From NCBI GenBank assembly GCA_964016885.1, contig CAXHJY010000443.1, forward strand, positions 122,638 through 186,637: a DNA stretch of 64,000 nucleotides, read 5' to 3'. The position numbers and the translations under genes are program-made. Position 1 is the stretch's first letter. The number at the start of each line of letters is the position of its first letter. Below, in pieces: positions 26,391-41,243 of this stretch. The notes below the pieces were generated by a model. The model searched no databases. It had not been told where the DNA came from and saw nothing but the letters and a program-made list of their open reading frames with translations. Source of the DNA: Eledone cirrhosa (taxonomy: Eukaryota).

Positions 26391-26941
26391 TTAACCCATT
26401 AGCATTTAAACCGACCGTATCCAGCCAGAATTCTCTCACCTCTTTCTGTTCAAACCGGCTGTAACCAGCCGCTCATACTAATGTTAAGGTATTGTTCTCA
26501 AAATAAATAATATCGAAATCTCATAACTTCGATATTATGTGAAATAAATATGTGAGTTAAAACCTTTACTATGAGAATATAATAGTAAATATAGAGTAAT
26601 GTAAATGATAAAGGGTTAAGCTCTATGAATAATAAAGTTATCAACAAACTGTGATTTGTTACATTATCATTTAATGAAGAATAAACATTGTCAGATGTAA
26701 GGAAAAACTCTAGGTGAATATTACATTACAAAGCATAATGGAAATTTTTCTGTTGCACAATTAGATATTAAGTCCGCAGTAAATGGACAATTTACAGGAT
26801 ATTCAATCACTGTTCACCTTTATAAGTTCACAGGTAATGATCTACAAGATTATCATTTGCAATTACCTGCTCAAATATAAACAAGTTTTTTTTATTTTAT
26901 CTGTGCATATATGTTGAACATAACAATTAATTATTTATCAT

Positions 26942-26981
<40 letters not shown>

Positions 26982-27544
26982 GTACACACACGCTTGTGTA
27001 ATAGAGTGCTTCCTAATTGGTAACTGAGGTTGTGATTGTGTCATTCCAATCAGCAAAATCATGGTGTAATAAGAAGAAAGCACTCAATGTTGTGTATTCT
27101 ACCAATTTTGATGGGGTATCCCATGGCTAGAGCAGGACTGAGTTAAATATATTAATAATACAATATGAAGGCCAGATTTCATAACTTCTTTTATAATTCA
27201 ATTAGCCATAACACATATTTCTGAGGTGGAATGGTTACATCATGATTCTATGACATATACTGAGACAGACCTTTGGAATAACAACATCACATGCAGGTCT
27301 GTCTCCATATCAATGCATTACAATACCTTACAAATGGATTACCATATAGGCTATCTAAAGACATGTCATGGATTGCATCATCATATGACGTAATCATCGC
27401 ACCACAGAAATATGTATTATAGTTATTTGCATAATAAAAGAGGTTATGAAATCTGGCCTCCCAGATGTTATCAACTTCCTGTCTTCTTTTTGAGTTATTA
27501 AGACTTTCGTCTTTGCTAAATTTACTTTTAGGCCTTTCAACTCT

Positions 27545-27740
27545 AGGTTTTTCCATGCTTAAAATTTTGCATTTAACTCTCCTACAGATTCTGGTATGAA
27601 GACTAGGTCATCAGCATATAGAGTACTAGTTTTAAACTCCTCAGCGATGGCCTGAAGGATAATAATAAAGAGGAGTAGACTGAGGACTATTTCTTGGTGG
27701 ATCCCTACCTGCACTTCAAATTCATCACTGTACTCATATA
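27545..27740 (-). mobile_element. RTE RT fragment
   Basis: YSDEFEVQVGIHQEIVLSLLLFIIILQA...LYADDL. Confidence 0.8.
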
Positions 27741-29139
27741 TGTTGTTTAGACATTGACTACTTTCCAACGAGATTTATATTATAAACTAAATGTGAATTT
27801 CCTTCCTATTTGTAAGCATAAGCATTATCTAATTTCCATGAAACATTGAATCAAAACCTTTTGTATTTTCAAATAGTAAGCTACAGGAGTTTGTTATACT
27901 CATTCTAAATAGCTTGCAGAATTCTGTTCTATTCAGATGTAAATATTACTCCATAAATAAAATATATATTTAACAATATTAACGTTTTTGTGTTAATATT
28001 TACATTCTTTCAGTAGAATCTGCAATGGTGGAATTTACTACCATTCCAGTTAAGCCTTTACTCATGCATGCATAATTATGAAACTATCACCTTTCTCTCA
28101 TTTTACGAAATTAGCTCCACATTCCTCTTCATATATGTGTATGAGTATGTGTGTGTGTGTTCATATATGTATATATATGGCTGTGTACATGTATAAGTGT
28201 ATTTACGGCTATGTGTATCCCTATATATATACACGTGAGTCAGGCTGTTGGCAACTAAACCAGTAAACCCACCAAGTCTGCTTGGTGAGGAGAGTGGTTT
28301 TGGGACATCCTGTGGGGTGAAAAACAAAACTCAGGAAAATCAAGTTATCCAATAATGTGTACATAAATGCACATTGAAGAAGGATACTCTAACACAAAAC
28401 ATGCAGTATTTGTAGTTTCTTGCTTATTACTTGTTAGATTAATTCTTTCTACTTTTGGCACGGGGCCAACAATTACCCAGTGCATTTCTGGCACTTTATT
28501 TTATCGACCCCATAAGGATGAAAGGCAAAGTTAACCTCAGCGGGATTTGAACTCAGAACGTAAAGGGCCATAACTCTGTGCTGCAAAGCATGGCATCTGA
28601 TGCTCTACCGATACTGCCAATTCACCACCCTTAGATTAATAATTTCAAACATTTAGAGAGTGGCACTCATCTCACTCAACTGTTTATAAATAGAAAATGT
28701 CATGTATTGGTACTTTTGCACCATTTGAAGACTCTCACAGGAATATGTGGGCAAAGAAGAAGAAATTATTGGGGGGAGGAGGTTACCCCTTTAAGTCCTG
28801 TAACAATGAACAAGTAGCAACATGTGTAGATTTAAGGGGTTGGAAAAAAACATGGTCATGAACTATCACATGAGTGGCAGGGTTTTTTTTAATTATCCTA
28901 ATGCTGTTCTCTTGCTGTAATGACAGCAGCAGAATTGGCTGGAAACCTTTGTGATTAACCTTTTTGTTACCATATTTCTGAAGTACATTTCTGATGATTT
29001 TCAATTAGTTTTGAAAATAATTTGGAGGTAATTAGTAATATAATGAACTTTCTCTTTATTAAGCTGATGTTTGAAATGTAACTTTAGAAAGGTTCTTACA
29101 TAAAATTATAATGGAAGGATTTTAGATAAATATATACAT

Positions 29140-29825
29140 CTAGTGTGTACCACCTTCCCTTCCACTACCATCCCTTCTATACACCACCTACATCCTAACA
29201 CTGCCTCTCATACATATCCCTAGATCTAACTCCCCAATCCCCACACACCTCCCCCACCCAAGTCCTCGACCCACACTATAAAGTGGTCATGTAGGTGACA
29301 CAACAAAAAGCACACAGCACACACTGTAAAGTGGTCATGTAGGTGACACAACAAAAAGCACCCAGCGCACACTGAAAAGTGGTCATGTAGGTGACACAAC
29401 AAAAAGCAACCACTACACACTGTAAAGTGGTCATGTAGGTGACACAACAAAAAGCACACAGCACACACTGTAAAGTGGTCATGTAGGTGACACAACAAAA
29501 AGCACACAGCACACACTGTAAAGTGGTCGTGTAGGTGACACAACAAAAAGCACACAGCACACACTGTAAAGTGGTCGTGTAGGTGACACAACAAAAAGCA
29601 CACAGCACACACTGTAAAGTGGTCGTGTCGGTGACACAACAAAAAGCAACTGTACACACTCTAAATGTGGTTGACATTAGAGAGGGCATCTAGCCATGGA
29701 AACCAGCCAGAAATCAGTTTCATATGAGCAAGACATGGTCATCTGACCTGCCTTGTCTCAATGGGACAACTCGTCTAACCCATGCTAGCATGAAAAAATG
29801 GACGTTAAATGATAATGATGATGAT
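29140..29825 (+). mobile_element. RTE 3'UTR-only insertion with about 8 tandem 48-bp units (29270-29670); similar tails at 35590-35865 and 47560-47858
   Basis: Unit cacactgtaaagtggtcatgtaggtgacacaacaaaaagcacacagca, then the standard RTE terminus and (GAT)n. Confidence 0.85.
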
Positions 29826-32800
29826 ATATATATTTTAAAACTAACAGCTTTGGATCATAGAACCAGAGGTGGTTGCTGGTGGTTTGGTATCAAAATGGTT
29901 AAGTAGCTCTTTTGGAAGAATGTTGGAGGTGACAAGAAAAAGTGCCCCAAAATTGACTATCATACAATCCATGCTGGTCAGTTAAGTATGGCTGACAGCT
30001 ATTTAACTTCAAGCCAAATACAACAATAATATAGAATCTTAAACATGAATTTATGTTGCTGAAACATGAGGACATAACTGGAAATAGTTGATAGCCAAAA
30101 GACTAGAAAAGAGTGCCACAATAATTACAAAGAAAATATTCTTTCTAACATTGGCACAAGACCAGCAATTTGGGCAGAGGCTGATATAATCAACCCCAGT
30201 ACTTGGTTGTTACTTTATTTTATCAATCTCCGAAGGATGAAAGGCAAAGTTTATCTTGGCAGGATTTGAACTCAGAGAGTAGAAAGCCAGAACTGCTAAT
30301 TGTCTGGTGTTCTAATGACTATCAATCTACTGCCACAAAGGAAATATGAAGATATAGCATTGACATTGCTACTTTTTTTTTTAGTTGCATCAGGCTGGTG
30401 AGAGTGATCAAAGGGAAGAAGATAATAAATATAGAGTTTTCTGGATAGGAAAGCCAGAGAATAGCAGACGAGGTAGTGGAGTTGTATGTACTTTTTATCA
30501 GAATATTGTAAAACAATTAAAGAGACTACCATAAGGTATCAATGATTGTATAATGAAACTCTCTTTGGATGGAGTGTGGCATGCTAGAGTTATCTCAATT
30601 TCTTTCCCTAAATTAAACAGCTCTGTGGTATTGATAACTTCATATTATCAGTCATTGAGAAATGTTGTTTCGAGTGTCCAAAGAGTGACAACATTTTTCT
30701 TTTTGGTGACTATAATGAGGCGAATCATGGGACCTGGTCTTCCTTAGCCATTTATTGTCAGGGAAAAATGAATTCAAATGGTCTTCAGTTTTTCCAGTTC
30801 TTCACAGAGAATGATCTAGTCCATACACATCTGAAACCCATACTCAAAGCAAATTTGATGCATCCAAGATGGTTTTTGCTTGATTTTGTAATTGTGCATA
30901 ATGATGACATGAAAGATGTAGGGAACTTGCATGTTTTGAGAGATGCAGAATGCCTAAAGAGACTACTCTATAGCTTTAGTGAAGTTTGGATTTGTTGTCA
31001 GATATGGGAAATGGTATGGCGACAGTAGGTAAATGAAGCATTCAAGTGGAAAAGTTTTTTGTTTGTTTTTTATTTTAATCATTTTCATATCAGATTTGAT
31101 TACAATAGCTATTACAGTCAACCTCTTGAAATACTATTAAGGTGACAAATCTTTAACTCCATTGCAGCTGGGACCACTGTGTCTTGGCTGATACTATATC
31201 ATTATCATTATTTAACATCCATTTTCTCTGCTAGCAAGAGTTGAACAGGTCTTCACAGACCGAGTCAATACTCAAACAGAGCTATTGACTTCTCAGATAG
31301 GCCAGGTGTCTGCATATCTTGCACTCTACTGAGTACACAGAAAGGCTAAGGGCCTGCATTTCACTTACATAAGTACCTGCATTTTAGCAAGTGTTCAGAC
31401 TGGCCAGGGGCTTGTATTCTGCTTTACCAAGTGTATTTTATCATAGCACCAGCACTAGGAAAATTGCTGTGTCTTTGACACAGTTGAAGAGTCCTCCCGA
31501 CACTTTGTTTGTTGGGTATGTTATGACTTGATGACCTTCCTATCACCAATCACTTTACAGAGTGCACTGAGTTTGTTTATCATGTAGATTACCAACAGTA
31601 CAGAGGTTGTTATACAATTGGTACAACTGAAAAGTCCTCTTAGCCCTTTTATGGCATGGTATCTACAGCAGACAGACCTTTCTATTGTCAACCCTGATAC
31701 AGGATGTACTGGGTGTATTTTTGTGACACTAGCACTAGAGAGGTTGTCATGCTGTTGATCAAATTGAAGAGTGTTCTTGACCCATTTTTGGCATGGTTTC
31801 TATAGCAGGGTACCCTTCCTATCACCAACTACCTTACAAGGTGTACTGGATGCATTTTTCATGGCACCAATACTAGAGAGGTTGATAGTCATTAACCCAA
31901 CAACTATCAAGCCTTCACTATCCTATAGGTGGTCAGTGGTGGGGGGAAGGACAATAAGTATAATGTACATATATACAACTGTGCTAATTATAAACCTCGT
32001 TATCTATATGTTATAATGATTTGGAGATCCAAAAAACATGGCAACGAGAAACAGAGTAAGATAAATTTGAACATAGCTACTTGCATATAATTTGTTTGTA
32101 AATGGAGTTTGGGGATAAACTGACATCTTGATCTAGATTAAAGAAGATTTAATAACATAATAATCACACAATGTGTGAATTTATAGTGATTGAACTTTAG
32201 ACTTGAAATATTGATCATTTCTGTGACAATAAAGAATACTGTTTGATTAGATAAGAGACCCTCACTCATACACTTAAAGAAATTGAAAATATATCACTGA
32301 TTAGATGAATATGAGTGATTCCGTTGTTGCATGCGATAATATGTTTGTACATATGTTTGTTTCAAACTGGAGAATGGGTGCATGTTAAGAGAACAAAACC
32401 TGTTATGAGAATTTAACTATCAACTAATAAAGAAATTATTATTTCTAACACAGACCAAAAGCCTAATAATTTTGAGGAGGGGTATTAGAATTGTATAGAA
32501 TATACAATATTACAAAACTAGTAATGAACCAAGAGGTCTGTATCGAAATATGAAATGTTTATTATTAGAAACAGCTGAGCTAAAGCCACTGTAACAGTTG
32601 TTTGACAAAGCCAAGAGAAAGATGAAGCAACATATTATAACTATGTTCTACCAAGAAATTTCCAATTATGAAACCTCATTCCACTCTTGAAAATCTTCAG
32701 CCATCAACCTCCAGAAAACTTGATATCAAACCTCTTCCAAAACATCAAAGTGAACCCTTATATATATGTTTTTATAATGTAGGGAGTATGTGGAATTGAC

Positions 32801-33679
32801 CATGTAAGATTCAAGACCATTATATTCATAAACTACTTTCTGAATTTTACTGACAATATATGTAAGTGTTAGGCTCAAATGGACAAAACATTGAAGCCTG
32901 AGTGGACAAAATAACAAAGATACAGTCATTTATAGTTAGTTTGCTTGTCAACATTCAATACTTTTATATGAAGAAGTAATACTCCATTAAATATAAGAGA
33001 TTTTCAATGCGTTTACTAACTATGCCATAATAAGATAGAATATTATGATTTCTTTAATGCATTGATAACATTTCTTTCTGAACTTTACTAAGAATATATG
33101 TAAGTGTAATGCTCAGATGGACAGAATGTTGAAGTCTATGCTTCAAATTGCAACTCTACCCATCTACTCTCCTCACTATCACCATTGATTTATATAAAGC
33201 CTATGGAACATGTTGGAAGTTTTGTTTTCAAACAGCCCTAATAAACGATATCTCTGCTTACCCTAGATTTTCATTATCTCTCCTATCTGCATACCCCTTC
33301 ACATATCTCTTCAATTTCCCTTGCCCCATCTCCCTACATGTGTCCCTCTTTCCTTACTCTCCACATTCCTGTACATTTCATACTCTGGTCTTTTTTCTCC
33401 TTGTTTTTTCCTATTCTCATTTATTCCATGTCTTTTCTTCAAAATGTTCTTACCTCCTTCATCTCTCTCTCTTCTCTATAACTGTAATTCTAGTACTATA
33501 GACTGATTGAATGGGGAAAACATTAACTCCAAAAAACTACAATGAAGGAAACTGTCTAAGAGAGCATTAACTCCAAATAAACCCTTGTGTAAAGAAGACA
33601 TCTCCTTCATCCCTTCCCCCTCTTTTCTACCATACAGTGATCTATAACTGTTATTTCAATTCTATAGGTTGTGACAATG

Positions 33680-34075
33680 TCTACACAGGCAGGGGGACCT
33701 GGCCTCCATAAAGCCACAGCAGAGCACCACTTTCAAATGAATATTAACAGAAACAGTAAAATACAGGACATTTCTCATGTTCTCCGCCTCCAACTTAGTT
33801 GCTTTGGCCACAAACCCCAGTACTGTGGTCCACTATGCAGAGGAAAGGAAGGTAAACAAATAGCAGTGATTGTCTGGCTGCTTCTTCTTTACAACGGTCA
33901 CCGTCGAGTCCTCAGGTGTACTTGGACCCCATACTGCCAAGCTTCTCTGCAAGATCAGAACATCAGCACCCCATCTGAGAAAGGAGCCCCACGAGGTGGG
34001 GTGGCTGTTGCAGCAGGTGTCGCAAGTCATTATTCACGGGAATGCTTCTGCGGTCTTGTCTGCAGGTGCAGCCCC
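33680..34075 (+). mobile_element. Relic C-terminus of a CRE-clade non-LTR retrotransposon (restriction-like endonuclease)
   Basis: FTTVTVESSGVLGPHTAKLL...EPHEVGWLLQQVSQVIIHGNASAVL resembles the CRE consensus F.P.A.ET.G..G.....L...R.S.A.QRGNA..VL; locally GC-rich. Confidence 0.65.
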
Positions 34076-35863
34076 ATTACCACCGTGCCCTAGGCTCAGA
34101 GCCCAATCAACCTGCCCTTCCCCCTCCCCATTCTTTTGTGACACTAGAGCCCTTGCATTTCCCTTCCTTTCCCATTTTTTTATATTTTCTTATTTTACAT
34201 TCCTTTCTTACAGTATTTAATTTTGCTTAAACACAAGTTCAAATAGCACCAAATACTTCTTTTACTTTTCATTCCTCCAAAGTCAATAACAGAGTTAAAT
34301 ATACTCCTCTCAACAGAAAATTGATTTGGTGTCTAAAGAAATCATAATCACAATTATTTAATAAATTCCATTTATTATTTTTTTTTTTGTATCTTTTGGA
34401 TGAAGAATTCAAGCATTCAATAGACTAACTCTGAAAATGCTTCAGTATATCGAGTTCTAAATCCAAATCCATTGGAATCAACTCTCTATTCTGCTGTTGA
34501 TCGAAGTCATTAATAAATAATGCAAATCAACTATACTTCCTTTACTCCAGTGAAAATTGACACTGTGCCAAGTTACATAAAATAAGTAACCCATGTTCAT
34601 TCAATCATTTATATCCATCTCTTACAAATATGTGGCCTAGTGCCAGTGTCTCCCCAATATTTTCTTTCTTATTTGTTATTTGTTTTTTTTATTTTGCTTT
34701 GTTTGTTTGTTGTTATATGTTCTCTGATAAAACCAACCAACTGTTTGGAGGGAGTACAAAGGTAATTTGCCTTTTTTTTTTATGCAATAACTCTACTGAA
34801 TGAGCAGCAGAGTTTTCAAAATAGAAAATAGATAATGCAGACAAAGGAGCAGACACAGGCATTACAAAGACTAACTAACAGTCAGACTTGCAAGCAACCA
34901 ACAATATTCAAATTTATGGTAGGGGTGCATTTCAATGACATAACCTCATTCTGAAATTCCATCTCACAAACCCTTGCTATTTTTCTTCCACAATAACAAC
35001 AAGCAGCTGCAACAAACACAACATGTCTATTATTAAAATAGTACCTCTATCATCATCATCACTATCACCATCATCATCATCATCAACATGAATTGCAATA
35101 CAAAGTTACTTGTTACATTAATTAGCTGACAATTTGTTCAAACAGTTAACACCTTTCACATGCAATATCTTCATCATAGTCTAGCACAACAAAAGAATTA
35201 CACACACAAACACACATATACACACTCATATATCAATTTGAAAAGTGACTTGCATGGCTAAGAAGATACAAATGAGTCAAAAATGGTGGGTGGAGACAAT
35301 GGAATAAAAATGGATGAAACATAGGACAGTCCCTTCTCATCAGTTGATCGCTGATGTTAGATTGTAGTAAATGTTGGCATAAACCATGTTCAGCACTTGA
35401 TGTGATGCTGTGATTTGAAGGTGTAGTAATATCCACAGAAGGGATGAATAATGGTAGATTTCTGGGTATCAACAGAGATCAAAGATTACATGTTGCAGAA
35501 ATAGAGAGTGAAATATCAATTTAACAAACTTTTATTTTCATTACATGTATTTCATTTCCAAATTCAACTCAAAACTATTGACAAATATATATGGCGACAT
35601 GGCAAAAAAAGTGGTTGTGTAGGTGTCACAACAAAAAGTACCCAGTCCACACTGTAAAGTGGTTGTGTAGGCTTCATGACAAAAAGCGCCCTGTACTCAC
35701 TGTCAAGAGGTTGGTGCTAGGAAGGGCATCCAGCTGTAGAAACCAAGCCAAAACCGGTTCTGTATGAGCACGACATGGTCATCTGACCTGGCATTGCTCA
35801 CAATAGGATAACTCGTCTAACCCATGCCAACATGGACATTAAACGGTGATATTGATGATGATG

Positions 35864-35904
<41 letters not shown>

Positions 35905-35933
35905 TACATACATATATTTATATATATATATGT

Positions 35934-37286
35934 ATCATCATCATCATCATCATTGTTTAACATCGATTTTCCACACTAGCATGGTTTAGACTGGTTGTCC
36001 CATTTGAAGCAAGTCAGGTCAGGTGACGATATCTTGCTTATACAGAACTGTTTCTGGCTTGGTTTGAGTGTTATGGTGTGGGAAGTGTACGGAAATGTGG
36101 AGGGAGGATAGGGGTTATATGCTTCAACCCGTGCGCATGGGAAGGTGGGTCTTCTGTATTACTGCATTATGTCAAAGATCTCAATCCTGTGTCATCACCT
36201 TTGAGAGGTGCAATTATGCAAGGCCAGCTTTATCACCTCATCCCAGGTCTTCCTACTCCACAGCTTCCATCAATTTTGATCACCCTGTATCCTGTTACAC
36301 AGTTGTCATCTTTCATATGCATCTCATGGCCATACCAATGCAATCCCCTCTCCTACACACTGCATCTGATCCCTCTTATGCCCAGTTCCTCTCTTTATGT
36401 ATGCTTTACCATTCATTTATATTACTATTAGACAGCCATGCTTCATTTCTTCATAGGTCCTCCGCACACAGTACCCAAGTCTCACTACCATACATACAAT
36501 CTGCCCATCACGTTGAAGGGAAATTGTAGCAGCAGTAGTAGCTCCCTGAACTTTATCTATCTTGTTCTTACTCAGGCTACTATATTTTCAGAATACCTTC
36601 CGCTACTGTTAATTTGATCATTCAGATAACAGAAACTCTCGACTATTTCTACCGAACCCTCTGTGCATTTGAAGGAGTTAGTATTGTGAGGGATCTTGCT
36701 ACTTTCTGCACCTGTGCATTAGCCACTTTAAAAAAAACCTACGTTCTTTAAAGGCCTGCATGTTACCCTAGTACATGTTTTGTGTACTCATAGCTTGCAT
36801 TAGCAGCACAGGGTGGAATTTTTACCTACTCCTTTCATGCACACCGAGCAAGGCCATTTCCCTCAGGGAATCTGGGCCCTGTTTTCCTTTCTACATACAA
36901 GAACTTTAGTCTTTGACAGGTTGACTTTAAGACCTTTTGATTCTAGGCTATGCTTCCAGATTTGGAATTTCTGTTCTCATTCTGCCATACTTTCAGCTAT
37001 AAAGGTTAGATCATCTGCATACAGAAGTTCCCATGGGCAGCCAGTCTTAACCTCTTCTGTTATAGCCTGTATGATAATAATAAACTGGAGAGAGCTAAGG
37101 ATAGAGCCCTGATAGACACCTGCCTGCATGCTAAATTCTTCGCTATAGTCATTGTTAATTCTAACCTTGCTGACTGTTCCACTAAACATTGGATTGTACT
37201 GCCCTCAAAAGCCACTCATCAACTCCTAGTTTTCTAAGAGCTCACCAAATAATGGAACAGGGGACTGTCAAAGACTTTCTCCAGGT

Positions 37287-37339
<53 letters not shown>

Positions 37340-37956
37340 ACACACATATACTCACACACATACACACACACACACACATATATATACACACACACACATA
37401 TACACTCACAGACATAAACACACACATATATATATATATATATATATGATTGTATATATATATACACACACACATACATACACACACATATATGCACCAC
37501 ATCTGTACTTGGCTTGCATTGCTCTTATAAACCACTCATCTACACCCAGTTTCCTTAGAGAAAACTAGATAACAGATTGTGGTACTCTGTCAAAGGCTTT
37601 CTCCAAATAATTTTAAAAAAAGACTAACTGCAGCAGCTTACACTTAGCTAAGAACATCTCTTGTAATTGTTTCACTAAGAAGAGTGTGTTTGTGGTACTT
37701 CTTCCTGGCACAAAACCAAACTACATTTCGTCTAATTTGACTCTTTCCTTAATTAGATATTCTAACAGTCTTTCAGACACTTTTATAACTTGACCCATCA
37801 GTTTTATGCCTCTGTAGCTGCACTTTTCCAGAGCATCACATCGATTGACTATTTGAGTAACTAGCTCAAGTCCTACTCATCAGACAATTTCAGCAACTCA
37901 GTGACTAGCTCTGATGAATGAGTAACATTTCCATTTTTCATATCCCTGATTCTCCT
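35934..37956 (-). mobile_element. Degenerate RTE copy or copies interrupted by a (TA)n/(CA)n block
   Basis: GCPWELLYADDL in ORF 36977-37189; further RT sequence at 37500-37950; (GAT)n tail at 35934. Confidence 0.85.
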
Positions 37957-38339
37957 TTAAGCCTTTAGCATTTAAACCAGCCATATCTGGCCAGAATTCT
38001 CTTGCCTCTTTCTGTTCGAACTGGCTGCTCATACTTATGTTAAGGTATTTTTCTCAAAACAAATAAGATCAAAATCTCGTAGATTCGATATTATGTGAGA
38101 TAATTATGTAAGATAAAGCCTTTACCACAAAAATACCATAGCATATATAGAGTAATGTAAATGTTAAAGGGTTAATCCTATAACTGTCAACTTTGATAGC
38201 CAGTCCTTCTGTTGAGTCTACTGAATGCATTTTATCAAGACACCAGCATTACACTGTGTTGCATTGCAGTTTAACATCACTCCGCCTGTCTAGAGTCGAA
38301 AATGTAAAGATGCAGGCTTACAATGAAAACACTTAAAAG

Positions 38340-39420
38340 CTGTAATGTTTGAAGATATTGATTTGACAGTTTCTGTCTTGTTTACAAACTAAAGGGAAAG
38401 TAACATTCCAATTAGCAAGCCTCTTATGAAAGAGAAAACTTCAGATATGGCAAAATTTTGGGGTCACTCACGTTCTCAGGCCAATGTTGGCTGGCTGAAT
38501 CAGTGTCATCATTGCTACAGGCTAACAGCCATAGTTATTTTCTGTGATGAAGGAGATGATGCTGCAGTACAACATCCAAATAAGTAGAAAGAATAGGAAG
38601 TAAAGAAAACTATTTCTTCTTACAATAAAGAAGACATGCAGATGAGACTGATGCTCTTAGCTCACCATCCTCAAGCAGTCAAAGGAGACCTTTGCAATTG
38701 AAGAAAGAAGTTGAAACAACCCCTTAGCATTTAAACCGGCCGTATATGGCCAGAATTCTCTTACCTCTTTTCGTTCAAACTGGCTATGTTAACCCTTTAG
38801 CATTTAAACCGGCTGTATTCAGCCAAAATTCTCTTACTGCTTTTTGTTCAAACCAGCTATAACCAGCCACCCATACTAATGTTAACCCTTTAGCATTTAA
38901 ACTGGCTGTATCCGGCCAGAATTCTCTCACCTCTTTCTGTTCAAACCAGCTGTAACCGGCCATTCATACTGATGTTAAGGTTTTGTTCTCAAAATAAATA
39001 AGATCAAAATCTCATAGATTCGATATTATGTGAGATAAAGTGTTTATCATGAAAATACAATAATATATATAGAGTAATGTAAATGCTAAAGGGTTATGGT
39101 ATTGTTCTCAAAAGAAATAATATTAAAATTTCATAGATTTGATATTATGTGAGATAACTATGTGAGGTAAAGCTTTTACCATGAAAATACAATAGTAAAT
39201 ATAGAGTAATGTAAATGTTAAAGGGTTAAAGTATGATTCCATATATAAAAGGGTTAAATAGTTCTGTCCCCTAGAATGCAACAGGAACTGATAAATTATG
39301 TCTCTTTATAATTGGAAGATCTAAAAAGCCAAGATACTTTAAAAACATTAGAGTTAGGTAAATATGATGTGGACAAAAAGGGCTTGATGCCAAGAAAGTT
39401 GTTTGTCAGTTGTATAAGCA
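38340..39420 (+). mobile_element. Degenerate Tigger/pogo transposase interrupted by nested MITEs
   Basis: LRESNIPISKPLMKEK...ANVGWL (CENP-B HTH-like) and ADET; after the MITEs, NATGTDKL.LFIIGRSKKPRYFKN (DDE_1-like). Confidence 0.75.
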
Positions 39421-39827
39421 AACTAGAATGTATGTCATAGGGTAAAGATTTGAAGATGATGATGTGTGAAATTAAAAGGTATGAAGGAAGTTATCACCTC
39501 TGTCTCTTCTGTGATTGTATATTTTGGAGAAACCAGTAAATACAGTTGTTGAGGATTATTTCTATAGTTAAAGAATTATGAAAGGTTATATTCATTGCAG
39601 TCGATCAGTCCAAAGGGTAGATGGAGGATAAGCTGGTATTTCCAAGACAAGTACAGCTAAGTATGTTTGGACCCATAACTCCTAATGGAGTCATAGTGGT
39701 TCTGTCATGGCACTTTAAACCTGGCAGAACTCATCCCTTCTTAAAGTCTGGACAAAGCCGATTTCTTCTGAATACTGAATACTGCAAAGCATTATATTGG
39801 ACATTGCTAATTTGTAACCTAGGTACA

Positions 39828-40272
39828 GATATATGTTAGGTGAATATAGGGGCATATGTTAGATGAATATAGGGGTATATGTATGAGATACATGTTAGAT
39901 GAATATAGGGATATATGTTAGGTGAATATAGGGATATATGTTAGGTGAATATAGGGATATATGTTAGGTGAATATAGGGATATATGTTAGGTGAATATAG
40001 GGATATATGTTAGGTGAATATAGGGATATATGTTAGGTGAATATAGGGATATATGTTAGGTAAATATAGGGATATATGTTAGGTAAATATAGGGATATAT
40101 GTTAGGTAAATATAGGGATATATGTTAGGTAAATATAGGGATATATGTCTGGTGAATATAGGGATATATGTCTGGTGAATATAGGGATATATGTTAGGTA
40201 AATATAGGGATATATATTAGGTAAATATAGGGATATATGTCTGGTGAATATAGGGATATATGTTAGGTGAAT
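39828..40272. repeat. 23-bp minisatellite GTTAGGTGAATATAGGGATATAT, about 19 units
   Basis: Period 23 (gttagg at 39917 and 39940). Confidence 0.95.
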
Positions 40273-40894
40273 GTGGTTTTATTGGTAGCATGGCCCTACC
40301 AAATTATAACAATGTGTCAACACACAATTTTACATCAAGAATCTTGCAAAACAAATTCAAAAACAAAGCACTTTAGAAAACTTTGTTATATATCATGATT
40401 CTGTTGATGCTACTAATGAGGATGATGATGATGTTAGTTCTTAATCATAATGGACATAAACTCATTTTCACACAGTTCAATATACAAAATCCCCTCTTCC
40501 CCAGCTGCTGGACTTTCGTGCTCTATTGTAATAAAGTATTAAACTAGGTAAACAAGGAAAGTTTGCCAACATAGTCTAGTAGGTTCCTTCTCAATGGAAT
40601 ATTAGGTAGATGTCTTTGTGTAATAGTATGTGTATGTGGGATGGGTTGAAAATGATAATGAGACAAAGTGCCAAAAGGAAAACAGAAAGTAATGATTTAG
40701 ATTAGGTGTAAGTGTAACTGGTGGTGCGTGCCCATACTTATAAGAAGTCATGGTAATAGTGGTTATTGAGAATTAAACTTAGTCTCATAACTAATTAATT
40801 ATTGTTCATTATTGTTATCACTTTTACTTATTCAAGACGCCTATTTATTTGCTACCTATCCAAGCCTTTCTTTAAATGTATTTAGGATTTTTCA

Positions 40895-40944
<50 letters not shown>

Positions 40945-41243
40945 CTTTGGGAGGGTCATGTTGCAATAAAACACATGCACCTGTTGGTTTTCACTTCAAT
41001 TTATTCTAAATTTCCGGTTGAAAACCAACAGGTGTGTGTGTTTTTATTGGATACATGACCCTCCCAAAATATAACAATATCTGTTTCAACACACGTTTTC
41101 AGATAAGAAATCTCGCAAAACAAATTAAAAAATGAATTATATATATGAGATGTCAACATGACCGGACCTGTTATTTTTATCTAAAGACATGTTGTCCAAT
41201 TCCATCCCGCCCGTCCCCTCAATCTATCTTATTTCTCATTCTT

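Noticed and set aside
30340-32850. Possible old DNA-transposon relics (piggyBac- or hAT-like), also Tc1-like at 44700-45140
   Set aside because: Only vague motif resemblance; cannot be supported without a profile search.
39828-40272. Relationship between the two 23-bp arrays
   Set aside because: Same period but no sequence similarity; probably coincidence.
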